Positions 52,347-63,014 of a stretch of DNA of 64,000 bases are shown piece by piece; position 1 is the stretch's first letter, and the number at the start of each line of letters is the position of its first letter. The position numbers and the translations under genes were made by a program. Below the pieces are notes generated by a model. That model searched no databases, was not told the origin of the DNA, and was given only the letters and a program-made list of their open reading frames with translations. The DNA is from an uncultured Planctomycetota bacterium (GTDB taxonomy: Bacteria; Planctomycetota; Planctomycetia; Isosphaerales; Isosphaeraceae): contig CAWJTV010000005.1 in assembly GCA_963845755.1 (NCBI GenBank), positions 704,001-768,000 of the forward strand, given 5' to 3'.

Positions 52347-54089
52347 GGGTGGAAGACGCGGTTCGTTTTTCTGACGAGTTACGCGGCTTCCCCAGTCTTC
52401 CTGGCTTTGTAGCTGCGGAACGGGCTGCTGGGCCGCTCCTTGAGGTGGCGGTCCAGGCGGCCATCTTCGGAAAGGAAGGCCGCACGGAGTTGGAGGATCG
52501 CTTCGGCACCGGCCTCGCTCCAGAACTTCTCCGACCCCTTCACCCGGCGGTTGAATATCTTCACCGTCGAACTCCACGTGGCTGGTCGTCCACGGGAGGC
52601 CCTCGCGACGATAGGCGCGGATAGTCCATCCGCTCCCGGTTGTCTTCCAGGTAGCCCAGCACCCGCGCGACGATCCTCCGGGGGTCGTCGTCGGCTAGCC
52701 TTTCCAGCGGGCACCCGCACAAGGCGATCTGGGTATCACACCAGGTGCGAAGCTCCGCGATCACCCGATCGACCCGCCCGTTCCAGCAGGCCTCCGCCCA
52801 GGCCTGGAATGACTCCCAGCGGCCCTCGGTGTCGGCGACCATGACCCGGGCCGCCGTGAAGAGGTGGGCCAGGGCGTGGAGGAAGTCAACGATCGCCACG
52901 AAGGTCGGGAAAGAGCGGCGGTGCAGCCCCCAGATCCAGGCCGAGCCGTCCCCCAAGAACGCCCGGGCGGCGGCCGCGGCGAAGTTCCGCCGTCGGGCCT
53001 CGGCGGCGACCATCGGCCCGAAGCGATCGACCGGGGCGGTCGTGGCCACGTAGGTGCGCACCGATAGCTCCGGCGTACCGCGCGGCTCGGCGGCCTCGGC
53101 GACGGCCGGGATCGGCAGCACGGCGGGCTCCTGGATCTCGGGGGCCGGCGGGCCCATCGGTCCGGTCCCGCCGATGGCCCCGATGACCTTCTCGACGTAG
53201 GCCCGATCGCGGAAACAGGCGGGCAATTCCGGCTCGGGGTCGCACTCGGAGACGACAGGGGCCATCGTCGCCAGGATCGCGATCTTGTCCTCGTGCCAGG
53301 CGGCCTGGTGGGCTCCCGGCCCCTGGCCCGCGCCGCGGATCTGGAGCCGGCCGCCATCGACCTCGACGACCGCCAGGGCTGGCCGTGTCGCGACGCGCGG
53401 CTCGAGCGTGCCGGCCTGGAAGCGGTCCACCTGCTCATCCCGCTGGGACCGCAACTGCTCGCCGAGTTCGCGGGCGATGCGGTCGAGTTGCCGGCCGCTG
53501 ATGTCCACCTCGGCCAATTCGGCGACGGCCTCGGCTGCCTCGCGGAAGGAGGGCTCGCGGGTGGCGGAACGGACGATCTTGCGGACTACCGAGGGGCTGT
53601 AGTCATGGGACGTCAGCCGTACGCGCCGGGCGCTGAGGGAAAAAAATCCCGGCGGCAGGCCGGGCAGTGGCACTGGGGCTCGGCGTAGGTGACCGCGCCG
53701 CCCCAGAAGTCGATGGCCCGCGGCTCGCGCTGTACGGCGCAAGGCCGCTGACACGTCGGGCAGGGTTGCTCGGGCCCCAGCAGCGCGGCCTTCCGCTCCA
53801 GCAGATCGGCGATGGTGCCCCGAGCGACGGCGCGGGCGGCGGTGATGGCCATCTGCTCGATGTCGTCGGCGTCGAGATCCAACTCGGGCCCGACCTCATC
53901 GTGGACGCGCCGGGCCACGACTTTCCCCCACCCTTCGGCGAGCCGCTCGACGCCGTCTCGATCCATCGATGGTGACTTCTGGAAAGGCATCGGAGGTCCC
54001 TCCTTGGACTTCGGGTGATAGACAATCTGGGAAACTCACCTTGACAGCTTACCAGGGATCGAACGCCGCGCGAACCGCGTCTTCCACCC
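52347..54089 (-). mobile_element. Complete insertion sequence, ISKra4-like (prokaryotic Mutator-like DDE), 1743 bp
   Basis: Perfect 19-bp TIR GGGTGGAAGACGCGGTTCG (52347-52365 / 54071-54089); 9-bp direct repeat GACGCAGGG at 52338-52346 and 54090-54098. Confidence 0.9.
52379..53990 (-). CDS. ISKra4-like transposase split over three frames
   Basis: CPTC..CPACRRDFF Zn finger; VEVDGG, LGDGSAWIW, VDFLHA, restored TSHVES; RRVKGSEKFW. Confidence 0.85.
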
Positions 54090-54310
54090 GACGCAGGGAT
54101 CTTATGGAGGTTGACCTTGCCAGATTCCTGCGGTTCCGGTAAATCGACCGCGTATCCCTGATGCTTGAGTCAGGGGCATGTCTCCCCGCGTTTCAGCGGG
54201 TCAGTCAACATCGGAATGCTGAAAGCAGAAGAAAGAGAACCGACTACTCATCCTTCGGCCTTCAGCCTTCTCGAGACCTTCAGGCTTCCCGAAAACCAGA
54301 GGTCGTCCGA

Positions 54311-55630
54311 ATGCCGCACGATCGCCGGACCCGGCGGACCAGCCTGATCCTGATTGGCGTGGTCTGTTCGGCCGTTCCGATAGGTTGTCTCAGGTCGTCG
54401 AACCTCCGCCCGTCCCCGAGTCCACTACCGGACCTCACGCCGGCGGGCGAGTTGCAAGCCGACGGGCGTTCGAATAACCTCTCGACTCCCGGCCGGGAGA
54501 CGGGAATTGCGGTGCGCACGGATGAGCAGGCGACCTCCTTGCTTTCCGTGCAGCCGCCACCCCCAACCGTATCGACCGGGTTGAAGCCCTCGCGGAGGGA
54601 TCCCACAGCCCTTCAGACTGGTTCGCCGCCACTGGTCACGCCGACCGCCGCCGGTGCCGAGGCAGTGATCGAGCCGACCGCGCTTCCCACGAGTCCGATG
54701 CCACTACCGTCCGGCGATACTCCCCGACCTGCCACGCCTCCCGCATCGACACCCCTCCTTGACGCCGATATCCGCCGAGTCGAGGACGTGATTCGCCAGC
54801 ATTCCGAGTCTTTGCGTTTGGGCGACGCGACCGAGCCGCTCCCTGGGGCATTCATGGTCTTGCCGACCCCTTCGATCCCCGATTGGGAGGGATCGAAGCC
54901 TTCGGGGCCCATGACCGAACCTGCCAAGAATCCGGTCCTCGTCGCTCCACCCCAACAGCATCCCGAGGAACCTTCGCCTCTACCCATTTCGCTCTTGCAT
55001 GGGCAGGACGAATCGTCAATCATCACAACACGCGTCTCCGTGCCGATCCCTAGCAATGATCAAGTCACGAATCCAGCTAGGACAGCAGCCCCTGAGAGGT
55101 CCAGCAATGCGCGGCCCGAGCCTCCGCGCGACCCTGAGTCCGAATCGAAGCAGGACGTTGCCATCGAGCGAGCCGAGGACCCGGTTCAGCCCAATCCGGT
55201 TGACGTTGCCGGTCCTACTCAGGACCAACGGCCACCGATGCGTATCACCGAGTTGAAGCTTTGCAGGAAGGTGGAAAGATTCGGGTCGTTCGAACCTCTG
55301 GACTCAACCGCAATCAAACCCGGACGACCGATACTCGTCTATTGCGAGATGGCCGGTCTCGAGTACGAGGCTCGCGGCGATCAGTTCGTGTCGCGGCTCT
55401 CGTCACATCTCGAGCTACGATCCGACGGCGAAGGCCCGATCGTCTGGGAGCAGGCTCTACAGACGGCTGAGGATGTCTGCCGTCGCCCTCGTCATGACTA
55501 CTTCGTGTGGTACCGAATCAACCTGCCGATTCCACTCGAACCGGGCTCCTATCGCCTCCGTATGGTCGAGACCGACCTCATCGCCGAACGAACCACCTCG
55601 GCTGAGATTCCAATGACGATCACGCCGTGA
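54311..55630 (+). CDS. Hypothetical lipoprotein with a long Pro-rich linker and C-terminal beta-sandwich-like domain
   Basis: VPIGC lipobox; C-terminal LCRKVERFG, VYCE, RPRHDYF, LEPGSYRL. Confidence 0.7.
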   Translation: MPHDRRTRRTSLILIGVVCSAVPIGCLRSSNLRPSPSPLPDLTPAGELQADGRSNNLSTPGRETGIAVRTDEQATSLLSVQPPPPTVSTGLKPSRRDPTALQTGSPPLVTPTAAGAEAVIEPTALPTSPMPLPSGDTPRPATPPASTPLLDADIRRVEDVIRQHSESLRLGDATEPLPGAFMVLPTPSIPDWEGSKPSGPMTEPAKNPVLVAPPQQHPEEPSPLPISLLHGQDESSIITTRVSVPIPSNDQVTNPARTAAPERSSNARPEPPRDPESESKQDVAIERAEDPVQPNPVDVAGPTQDQRPPMRITELKLCRKVERFGSFEPLDSTAIKPGRPILVYCEMAGLEYEARGDQFVSRLSSHLELRSDGEGPIVWEQALQTAEDVCRRPRHDYFVWYRINLPIPLEPGSYRLRMVETDLIAERTTSAEIPMTITP

Positions 55631-55667
55631 CCATCATCGAGCCGTTTTCCGGAGGCCGATCGGCAAT

Positions 55668-58600
55668 TCACCGCGAGTTCTCGGGAAAATCCGCATGGAA
55701 GGTACGGGACTTCGCAGGGGAAGGCGCCGCAACGGTCACCTCGTTACCCGCCGATGGAAGCCCATTGGTCAAGCACGGTGCTTGAATCGGCTGCTTGTCG
55801 GAGCCGAACCACTGAATGACGTAATAGAACACCGGCGTGAGGAAGATGCCGAACGCGGTGACGCCAAGCATGCCCCCGAACACGGCCGTCCCCAACGACC
55901 GTCGCATTTCGGCGCCGGCTCCCTCGGCGACCACCAGCGGCAGGACGCCGAAGATGAAGGCGAAAGAAGTCATCAAGATCGGTCGCAATCTTAGCCGGCA
56001 AGCCTGAAGCGTGGCTTCGCGCCGCGAGACGCCCGCTTCCTGGCTCTGCTTGGCGAACTCGACGATCAAGATGGCATTCTTGCTCGCCAGCCCGACCAGC
56101 ACGACAAACCCAATTTGGGTGAAGAGACTCACGTCCATGCCGGCGAGATTCACGCCAACCAGCGAGCAGAGCAGGCACATCGGTACGACCAAGATCACCG
56201 CCAACGGCAGTTTCCAGCTCTCATACTGGGCCGCCAGCACCAAGAAGACGAACACCACCGCCAGTGCGAAGACTCCAGTGGCCGTATTCCCGGCCTGGAG
56301 CTGCATGAAGGCCAGCTCCGTCCAGTCGGAAGCCATCGACCGCGGTAGTTCCTGGTCGGCAATCTCTTGCATCAGCGCGATAGCTTGACCAGAGCTCGTC
56401 CCCGGAGCCGGATTGCCGGTGATCGCGGTGGACGAGTACATGTTGTACCGCATTACTGAGACCGGCCCGCTGGTGTTGCTCACGTCCAGCAACGTGGCCA
56501 GGCGGATCATCTGTCCCTTGTTGTTCCGCACCTGGAGCTGCCGGATGTCCTGGGCGTCTCCGCGGAACCGCTGGTCGGCCTGAACGTTCACCTGCCACGA
56601 CCGGCCGAAGTTGTTGAAGTTGTTGACGTAGTAGGAGCCCAGATAGACCTGCAACGTGTTGAATACCTCATTGACCGGAACGCCCAAGGCCATGCACTTG
56701 GTCCGATCGATATTGAGGTACAACCAAGGTGTATTCGCCCTCGAGCTATTGAACAGGCCCTGGAGACCGGGCGTCCGCTTGCCCCGCTCCACGATCTGAT
56801 CGCTAATACGCTGCAAAGTATCCACGCCGAGATTGCCGCGATCCTCGATGATCAGCTTGAATCCGCCCGTCGTGCCCAGGCCGTCGATTGGCGGTGCCCC
56901 GAACGTCGTGACGATCGCCCCGCGCACCTCGCGTTGACAGCGTTCTTGCAATGCCTCGGCGATCGAGTCGCTGTCTAATAATGGGACCTTCTTGATGCCG
57001 AACATCCTGCGTAGCCGGGCCTCGAGGTCGGGATTCTCGAGCCATCGCAAGAAGTGATTCGTCGGCGATATCGAGCGATGAGAGAATTCCTCGAGCATCA
57101 CGTATAGCGAGCCGAGATTGGGCACGTTGGCATTCAGCAGCAGCGACTGGCCCGAGACGCCGACTGTGTGTGCAACACCGGGCGTCTGCGCGCCAGGGCT
57201 TCGATGCGCGCCATGACGCGCTGGGTGCGTTCTGTGGAGGCCGAATCCGGCAATTGCACATTGAGCAGCAGATAACCCTTGTCTTGCTGAGGGACGAACC
57301 CCGTGGGCGTTCGGATGAATTCCCAGTAGGTCAGGAACAGCAACCCGCCGTAAAGCAGCAGTACGATCGCGCTGATCCGCAACACGCCGCCGACGATCCG
57401 GCCGTAAACCTCGGTCATCCGATCAAACAGCCGGTTAAAGCCCCGGAACAACCATCCAAGCACGGCGTTCACCGGCCGGATAATCGCCAGGCCGACCACC
57501 AGACCGATCACCAGTCCAGGGGCGAACGCGGCTGCGGAGTGGATCCAGGGCATCCACCCCGAGGCAGACTCCGGCTCGGATCCGCTCGATTCCGCGAGCA
57601 GTCCCAGATGAACGAATTGACCGACGATGTAGTCCTGGGCCAGCCAGACGGTCAGCATCCCACCCAACACGCCGAAGATCCACCAGGGCAGTGCCTCACG
57701 CTTCAATTCGTGGCCGTGCTTGCCTTCCTCCGTCTTGAAGATCATGACCGCACGCGACGGCGTCATCGTCAGGGCGTTGATGGCCGAGATGATCGTCGAG
57801 ACCGCGATCGTCACGGCGAACTGCCGGAAGAATTGTCCCGTGATGCCACCCAGGAAGCAGCACGGCACGAACACCGAACTGAGCACCAGCGTGATCGCCA
57901 GCACCGGGCCGGTGATCTCCTCCATCGCCTTGATCGTCGCCGTCCTCGAGTCCAGGCCGGTCGCAATCAGCCGCTCGATGTTCTCCAGCACGACGATCGC
58001 GTCATCCACGACGATGCCGATCGCAAGCACCAGGCCAAAAAGGGTCAGGTTATTCAGGCTGAAACCCATGGCGGCCATGATCGCGAATGTACCGATGAGG
58101 GAGACCGGCACGTCGATCATCGGCAGGATCATGGCCTTCCAATCCTGGAGGAACACCAGCACCACAATGCCGACGAGGATTACGGCGTCGCGGAGGGTCT
58201 TGAATACCTCGGCGACAGACTCGTGGATGAACGGTGTGGTGTCGTAAACGATCCGGTAGTCCAGGCCGTCGGGGAAACGGGTCTTCAACTCCCGCATCTT
58301 GTCGTAGACACCGCTGGCGGTTTCCAGTGCATTGGATCCCGGCAACTGGTAGATGGACACCGCCACCGACGGCTTGCCGTCGAGCGTGCAGGACTGGTCG
58401 TACTGACGCGATCCGAGCTCGACGCGCGCCACGTCCCGGAGCCGAACGATCCCCGTGGCCTGGGCCATCGGGCCGCCTTCACTGTTGGATCCCCCTTGAT
58501 CGGTGGGTCCACCCTGGAAGTTCGCCCCATCCTGACCGCCCGCCCCGCCCTGACCGCCCGCCCCCACTATGCCCGCCCGCCCTGCCCGCCCCCACTTGGG

Positions 58601-59388
58601 CTGGCCATGAAGTTATCCTGACCGGCCTTGATGATGATGTCGCCGAACTGCTCCGGCTCGACGAGTCGGCCCAGAGTGTTGATCGTGAGCTGGAATTGCT
58701 GGCCCATGGGGACGGGCTGCTGGCCGATCTGCCCTGCGGCCACCTGAAGGTTCTGCTGGCTGATGGCGTTGACGACATCCGTGGCGTTGAGGTTCAGTGC
58801 CGCCATCTTGGCGGGGTCGAGCCAAGCTCTCAGGCTGTAATCGCGTTGCCCGAGATACGTAATCCCCGCGACGCCGGGCAGCCGTCCCAGCTCATCCTTG
58901 ATGTAAATGGTCGCGTAGTTGCTGAGAAACGTGCTGTCATAGCGACCGTCCGGCGAGACCAGATTGACGATCATCATGGTGTTCGGGGACATCTTCTTGA
59001 CGCTGATGCCCTCGAACTGGACCAGTTGGGGGATGACCGGAAGTGCCAGAGAGACGCGGTTCTGGACGAGCACCTGAGCCATGTCGGTGTCCATGCCCAG
59101 CCGAAAGGTCACGGTCAGTATGTAGGTGCCGTCATTGGTGCATTGCGACGACATGTACATCATGTTCTCCACGCCGCTGACCTGCTCCTCGATCGGCGCC
59201 GCGACGGTGTTCCGCACCGTCATCGCGTTGGCCCCGGGATAGATGGCCGTGACCAGCACCGTGGGAGGCGTCACCTCGGGGTATTGCGCCACCGGCAGTG
59301 TGAACACCGCCACAGCGCCCGCCAGCACGATGACGAGTGAGAGCACGATGGCGAAGACCGGACGGTCGATGAAGAAGCGCGAAATCAC
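55668..59388 (-). CDS. RND efflux permease (HAE1 family), second copy; frameshifts near 58567 and 57180
   Basis: MISRFFIDRP, YPEVTPP, GIVVDDAIVVLEN, KNAILIVEFA, RLRPILMTS across ORFs 58567..59388, 57134..58567 and 55668..57125. Confidence 0.92.
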
Positions 59389-62300
59389 GGCTGATGATCT
59401 CCGGTCGATACGACGGCGTTCTGTCGGGGATGAGAATCTCGGTCAGGAGCCGCGGATCGTGGGCGGAGTCTCCGATGGATGTCCAGTATCGCGAGGGCGG
59501 CGAGGGCTCCCGTAGGACCTCCGACCCGTAGTCCCCAGGGCAATCCCACGATGTCGAGCCTCGCGAGCAAGAACGCGATCCCTAGCCCTGCCAGTCCACC
59601 AAGGAGGGTCGATCCGATCCATCGCGTGGCGTCCGACACGAAGGGCCGCGTTTCACCGAGCGTCTGAATCACGGAGAAGAAGACCGGTGTCAGGAAGATG
59701 CCGAATAGTGTCACGCCGACCATGCCGTAGAACACGGTGATCCCCAGCGACCGGCGCATCTCCGCCCCGGCCCCGGAGGCCACGGCCAACGGGATCACTC
59801 CGATGATGAACGCGATCGAGGTCATCAGGATCGGCCGCAGCCGCAGCTTGCAGGCCTCCAGGGTCGCCTCATACCGCGACAGACCCTCCTGATGCTTCTG
59901 CTTGGCGTACTCGACGATCAGGATGGCATTCTTGCACGCCAGCCCGACCAGGACCACCAGGCCGATCTGCACGAAGATGTTGACGTCCCGTCCCGTGCCC
60001 AGCACTCCGGCGAGCGAACAGAGCAGGCACATCGGCACGACCAGGATCACCGCCAGCGGCAACGCCCAGCTCTCGTACAAGGCCGCGAGGGCCAGGAACA
60101 CACTGACGACTGAAAGCGCAAAAATATACATCGGTGGAGACTTCTCCGCCGCCCGGATCTGAAGGAACATCACTTCGGTCCACTCGGCCTTCATGGACAG
60201 CGGAAGGGTCCCGGCGGTCCGGCGGTCGATGGCTTGGATGGTCTCTCCGGAGCTGATTCCCGGCGCGAGGCTCCCCGTGATTTGCGAGGCCGTGTAGAGA
60301 TTATAGCGGGTCACCGAGATCGGGCCGCCGACCTCGCGCACCTGGACCAGTGTGCCCAGCGGGACCATCTGTCCCCATTTGTTCCGGACCTGAAGTAAGT
60401 TGATGTCCTCGACTCGGTTGCGGTAAGCACCCTCGAGTTGGACTGTCACTTGCCAGTGCCGGCCGAACTGGTTGTAGCTGTTGACGTAGAGCGACCCCAG
60501 ATACATCGACAACGTTTGATTCACGTCGTCGAACGACAGGCCCAGCGACTGGGACTTGGTCCGGTCAATTTCCAGGTAGAGTTGTGGTGTATGGGATCGG
60601 AACTGGCTGGACGCCTTGGCCAGCCCACGCTCGTGCTTCATTGCATCCACAAGGGTGTCCGTCTCCCGCTGCAAGTCCTTCAGTCCGCGGCCGCCCCGAT
60701 CTTCCACGATTAACTTGTAACCGCCGGCGACGCCGAGTCCGGGGATCGCTGAAGAGTTTCGAACGAGCACCTCCGCATCCTTGACCCCTCGGGCATACGC
60801 TTTTCGCAGGCGGGCCATGATGTCGTCGGCATGCAGGCCGGGGGCCTGCCGCTCGTCGAACGGCTTAAGGACGATGAACATCGATCCAAAATTGGAGGCG
60901 TTAGCCTGCAACAAGAACGACATCCCCGAGAGGGCGACCGTATGTGCCACGCCCGGGTCCTCCCGGGTGATCTTCTCCACTTTCGCCATCGCTTGCTGAG
61001 TCCTCTGGAGCGAGGCGGAGTCGGGCAGTTGGACACTCAAGATCAGGCGTCCCTGGTCCTGCTCAGGGATGAAGCCCAAGGGGGCGCGGCGGAAGACGTC
61101 GTAGGTCAGCGCCACCAATCCGCCGTAGATCAGCAGCACGATGACGCTGATCCGAAGCGACTTGCCAACCGTCCAGCCGTACACATCCGTCATCCGGTCA
61201 AACAGCCGGTTGAAGTTGCGGAACAGCCAGCCGAGCACGGCGTTCACCGGCCGGATGATCAGCCTCCCAACGATCAGGCCGAGCGACAGACCGGGGGCGA
61301 AATAGATCGCGGTCGCGGTCCAGGACAGCTCACTCGCGAGCCCCTCTTCGCCGCCCCCGATCGATCCACCGTCGAGGCCGAACCAGCCGGCCAGATACGC
61401 CGGTCCGAACCGGACCGTCAACAGCCCGCCCAGGATGCCGAAGATCCACCACGGCAACGCCTCTCGCTTGAACTCGTGGCCGTGGATTCCTTCCTCCGTC
61501 TTGAAAACCAGCACCGCCCGTGACGGCGTCATCGTCAACGCATTGACCGCCGAGATGATCGTCGAGACCGCGATCGTCACCGCGAACTGGCGGAAGAATT
61601 GGCCGGTGATGCCTCCAAGGAAACAACATGGCACGAACACCGAACTCAGGGCCAGCGTGATGGCGATGATCGGCCCAGTAATCTCCTCCATGGCCTTGAT
61701 CGTCGCCGTCCGCGCGTCGTATCCCCTGGCGATCATCCGCTCCGTATTCTCCAGGACCACGATGGCATCGTCCACCACGATTCCGATGGCGAGCACCAAG
61801 CCGAAGAGCGTCAGGTTATTCAGGGTGAACCCCAGCGCGGCCATCGCCCCGAAAGTGCCGATCAAGGAAACGGGGATATCGATCATCGGCAATATCATGG
61901 TCCTCCAATCCTGGAGGAAGACCAACACCACGAGGCCGACGAGAAGTACGGCATCGCGGAGGGTCTTGAACACCTCGCGAATCGACTCTCGAATGAACGG
62001 TGTCGTGTCGTAGGCGATGCTATACTCCACCCCGTCGGGGAAGCGCTTCTTCAGCTCTTCCATCTTGGCACGAACGCGATCGGCGACATCGAGCGCATTG
62101 GTCCCCGGGAGCTGGTAGATGTTCAGCCCGACCGAGGGGCGGCCATCAAAAGTACACGACTGGTTGTAATTCTGGGCACCCAGCTCGACACGGGCCACAT
62201 CGCGGAGCCGGACGATGCCGGTCGCCGGCTCTTCAGTACTACTCCGGCCGACCTTGACCACGATGTTTTCAAATTCCTCGGGCTTGGTGAGTCGGCCTAG

Positions 62301-63014
62301 CGTATCGAGCGGCAACTGAAAATACTGTCCCCGGCCGGCCGGGAGTTGACCGAGTTGCCCCGCCGGAGCATCCACGTTCTCGCGGCGGATCGCGGCGGCC
62401 ACATCCATGGCGGTCATGTTCCGTGCCGCCAACTTCTGCGGATCGAGCCAGGTGCGGATGCTGTAATCGCGCTGGCCCATATAGTTAATGTCCGAGACGC
62501 CGTACACCCGCAGTAACTCGTCCTTCACATAGATCGTCGCGAAGTTGCTGAGATAGATGTCGTCGTAACGGCCGTCCGGGGAGTAGAAGCTGACGATCAT
62601 GAGATTGTCGGGCGTTCGTTTCCGGATCGTGATCCCCTGGTTTTGAACCTGGCTCGGCAACTGCGGCATGGCCAGCGCCACCCGGTTCTGCACCATGACG
62701 AGGGCCGAGTTGACGTCCGTTCCGATATCGAAGGTGACCGTAAGGGTATAGGTACCGTCGTTGCCCATCTGCGACGACATGTAGAGCATGCCGTCGATGC
62801 CATTGACTTGCTGTTCGATCGGGGCCGCCACCGTGTCCGCGACCACCGCTGCATTCGCCCCGGGGTAACTGATCGACACGGAAATGCCGGGTGGCGTGAT
62901 CCTGGGATACTGCGCCATCGGCAGATAATAGAGAGAGATCCCACCAATCAGGGTAATCACGACGGACAAGACCGTCGCAAAGATCGGCCGATCGATGAAA
63001 AACCGTGAGATCAT
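59385..63014 (-). CDS. RND efflux permease (HAE1 family), first copy, 1209 aa
   Basis: MISRFFIDRP, GIVVDDAIVVLEN, KNAILIVEYA, RLRPILMTS. Confidence 0.95.
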   Translation of the reverse strand: MISRFFIDRPIFATVLSVVITLIGGISLYYLPMAQYPRITPPGISVSISYPGANAAVVADTVAAPIEQQVNGIDGMLYMSSQMGNDGTYTLTVTFDIGTDVNSALVMVQNRVALAMPQLPSQVQNQGITIRKRTPDNLMIVSFYSPDGRYDDIYLSNFATIYVKDELLRVYGVSDINYMGQRDYSIRTWLDPQKLAARNMTAMDVAAAIRRENVDAPAGQLGQLPAGRGQYFQLPLDTLGRLTKPEEFENIVVKVGRSSTEEPATGIVRLRDVARVELGAQNYNQSCTFDGRPSVGLNIYQLPGTNALDVADRVRAKMEELKKRFPDGVEYSIAYDTTPFIRESIREVFKTLRDAVLLVGLVVLVFLQDWRTMILPMIDIPVSLIGTFGAMAALGFTLNNLTLFGLVLAIGIVVDDAIVVLENTERMIARGYDARTATIKAMEEITGPIIAITLALSSVFVPCCFLGGITGQFFRQFAVTIAVSTIISAVNALTMTPSRAVLVFKTEEGIHGHEFKREALPWWIFGILGGLLTVRFGPAYLAGWFGLDGGSIGGGEEGLASELSWTATAIYFAPGLSLGLIVGRLIIRPVNAVLGWLFRNFNRLFDRMTDVYGWTVGKSLRISVIVLLIYGGLVALTYDVFRRAPLGFIPEQDQGRLILSVQLPDSASLQRTQQAMAKVEKITREDPGVAHTVALSGMSFLLQANASNFGSMFIVLKPFDERQAPGLHADDIMARLRKAYARGVKDAEVLVRNSSAIPGLGVAGGYKLIVEDRGGRGLKDLQRETDTLVDAMKHERGLAKASSQFRSHTPQLYLEIDRTKSQSLGLSFDDVNQTLSMYLGSLYVNSYNQFGRHWQVTVQLEGAYRNRVEDINLLQVRNKWGQMVPLGTLVQVREVGGPISVTRYNLYTASQITGSLAPGISSGETIQAIDRRTAGTLPLSMKAEWTEVMFLQIRAAEKSPPMYIFALSVVSVFLALAALYESWALPLAVILVVPMCLLCSLAGVLGTGRDVNIFVQIGLVVLVGLACKNAILIVEYAKQKHQEGLSRYEATLEACKLRLRPILMTSIAFIIGVIPLAVASGAGAEMRRSLGITVFYGMVGVTLFGIFLTPVFFSVIQTLGETRPFVSDATRWIGSTLLGGLAGLGIAFLLARLDIVGLPWGLRVGGPTGALAALAILDIHRRLRPRSAAPDRDSHPRQNAVVSTGDHQP

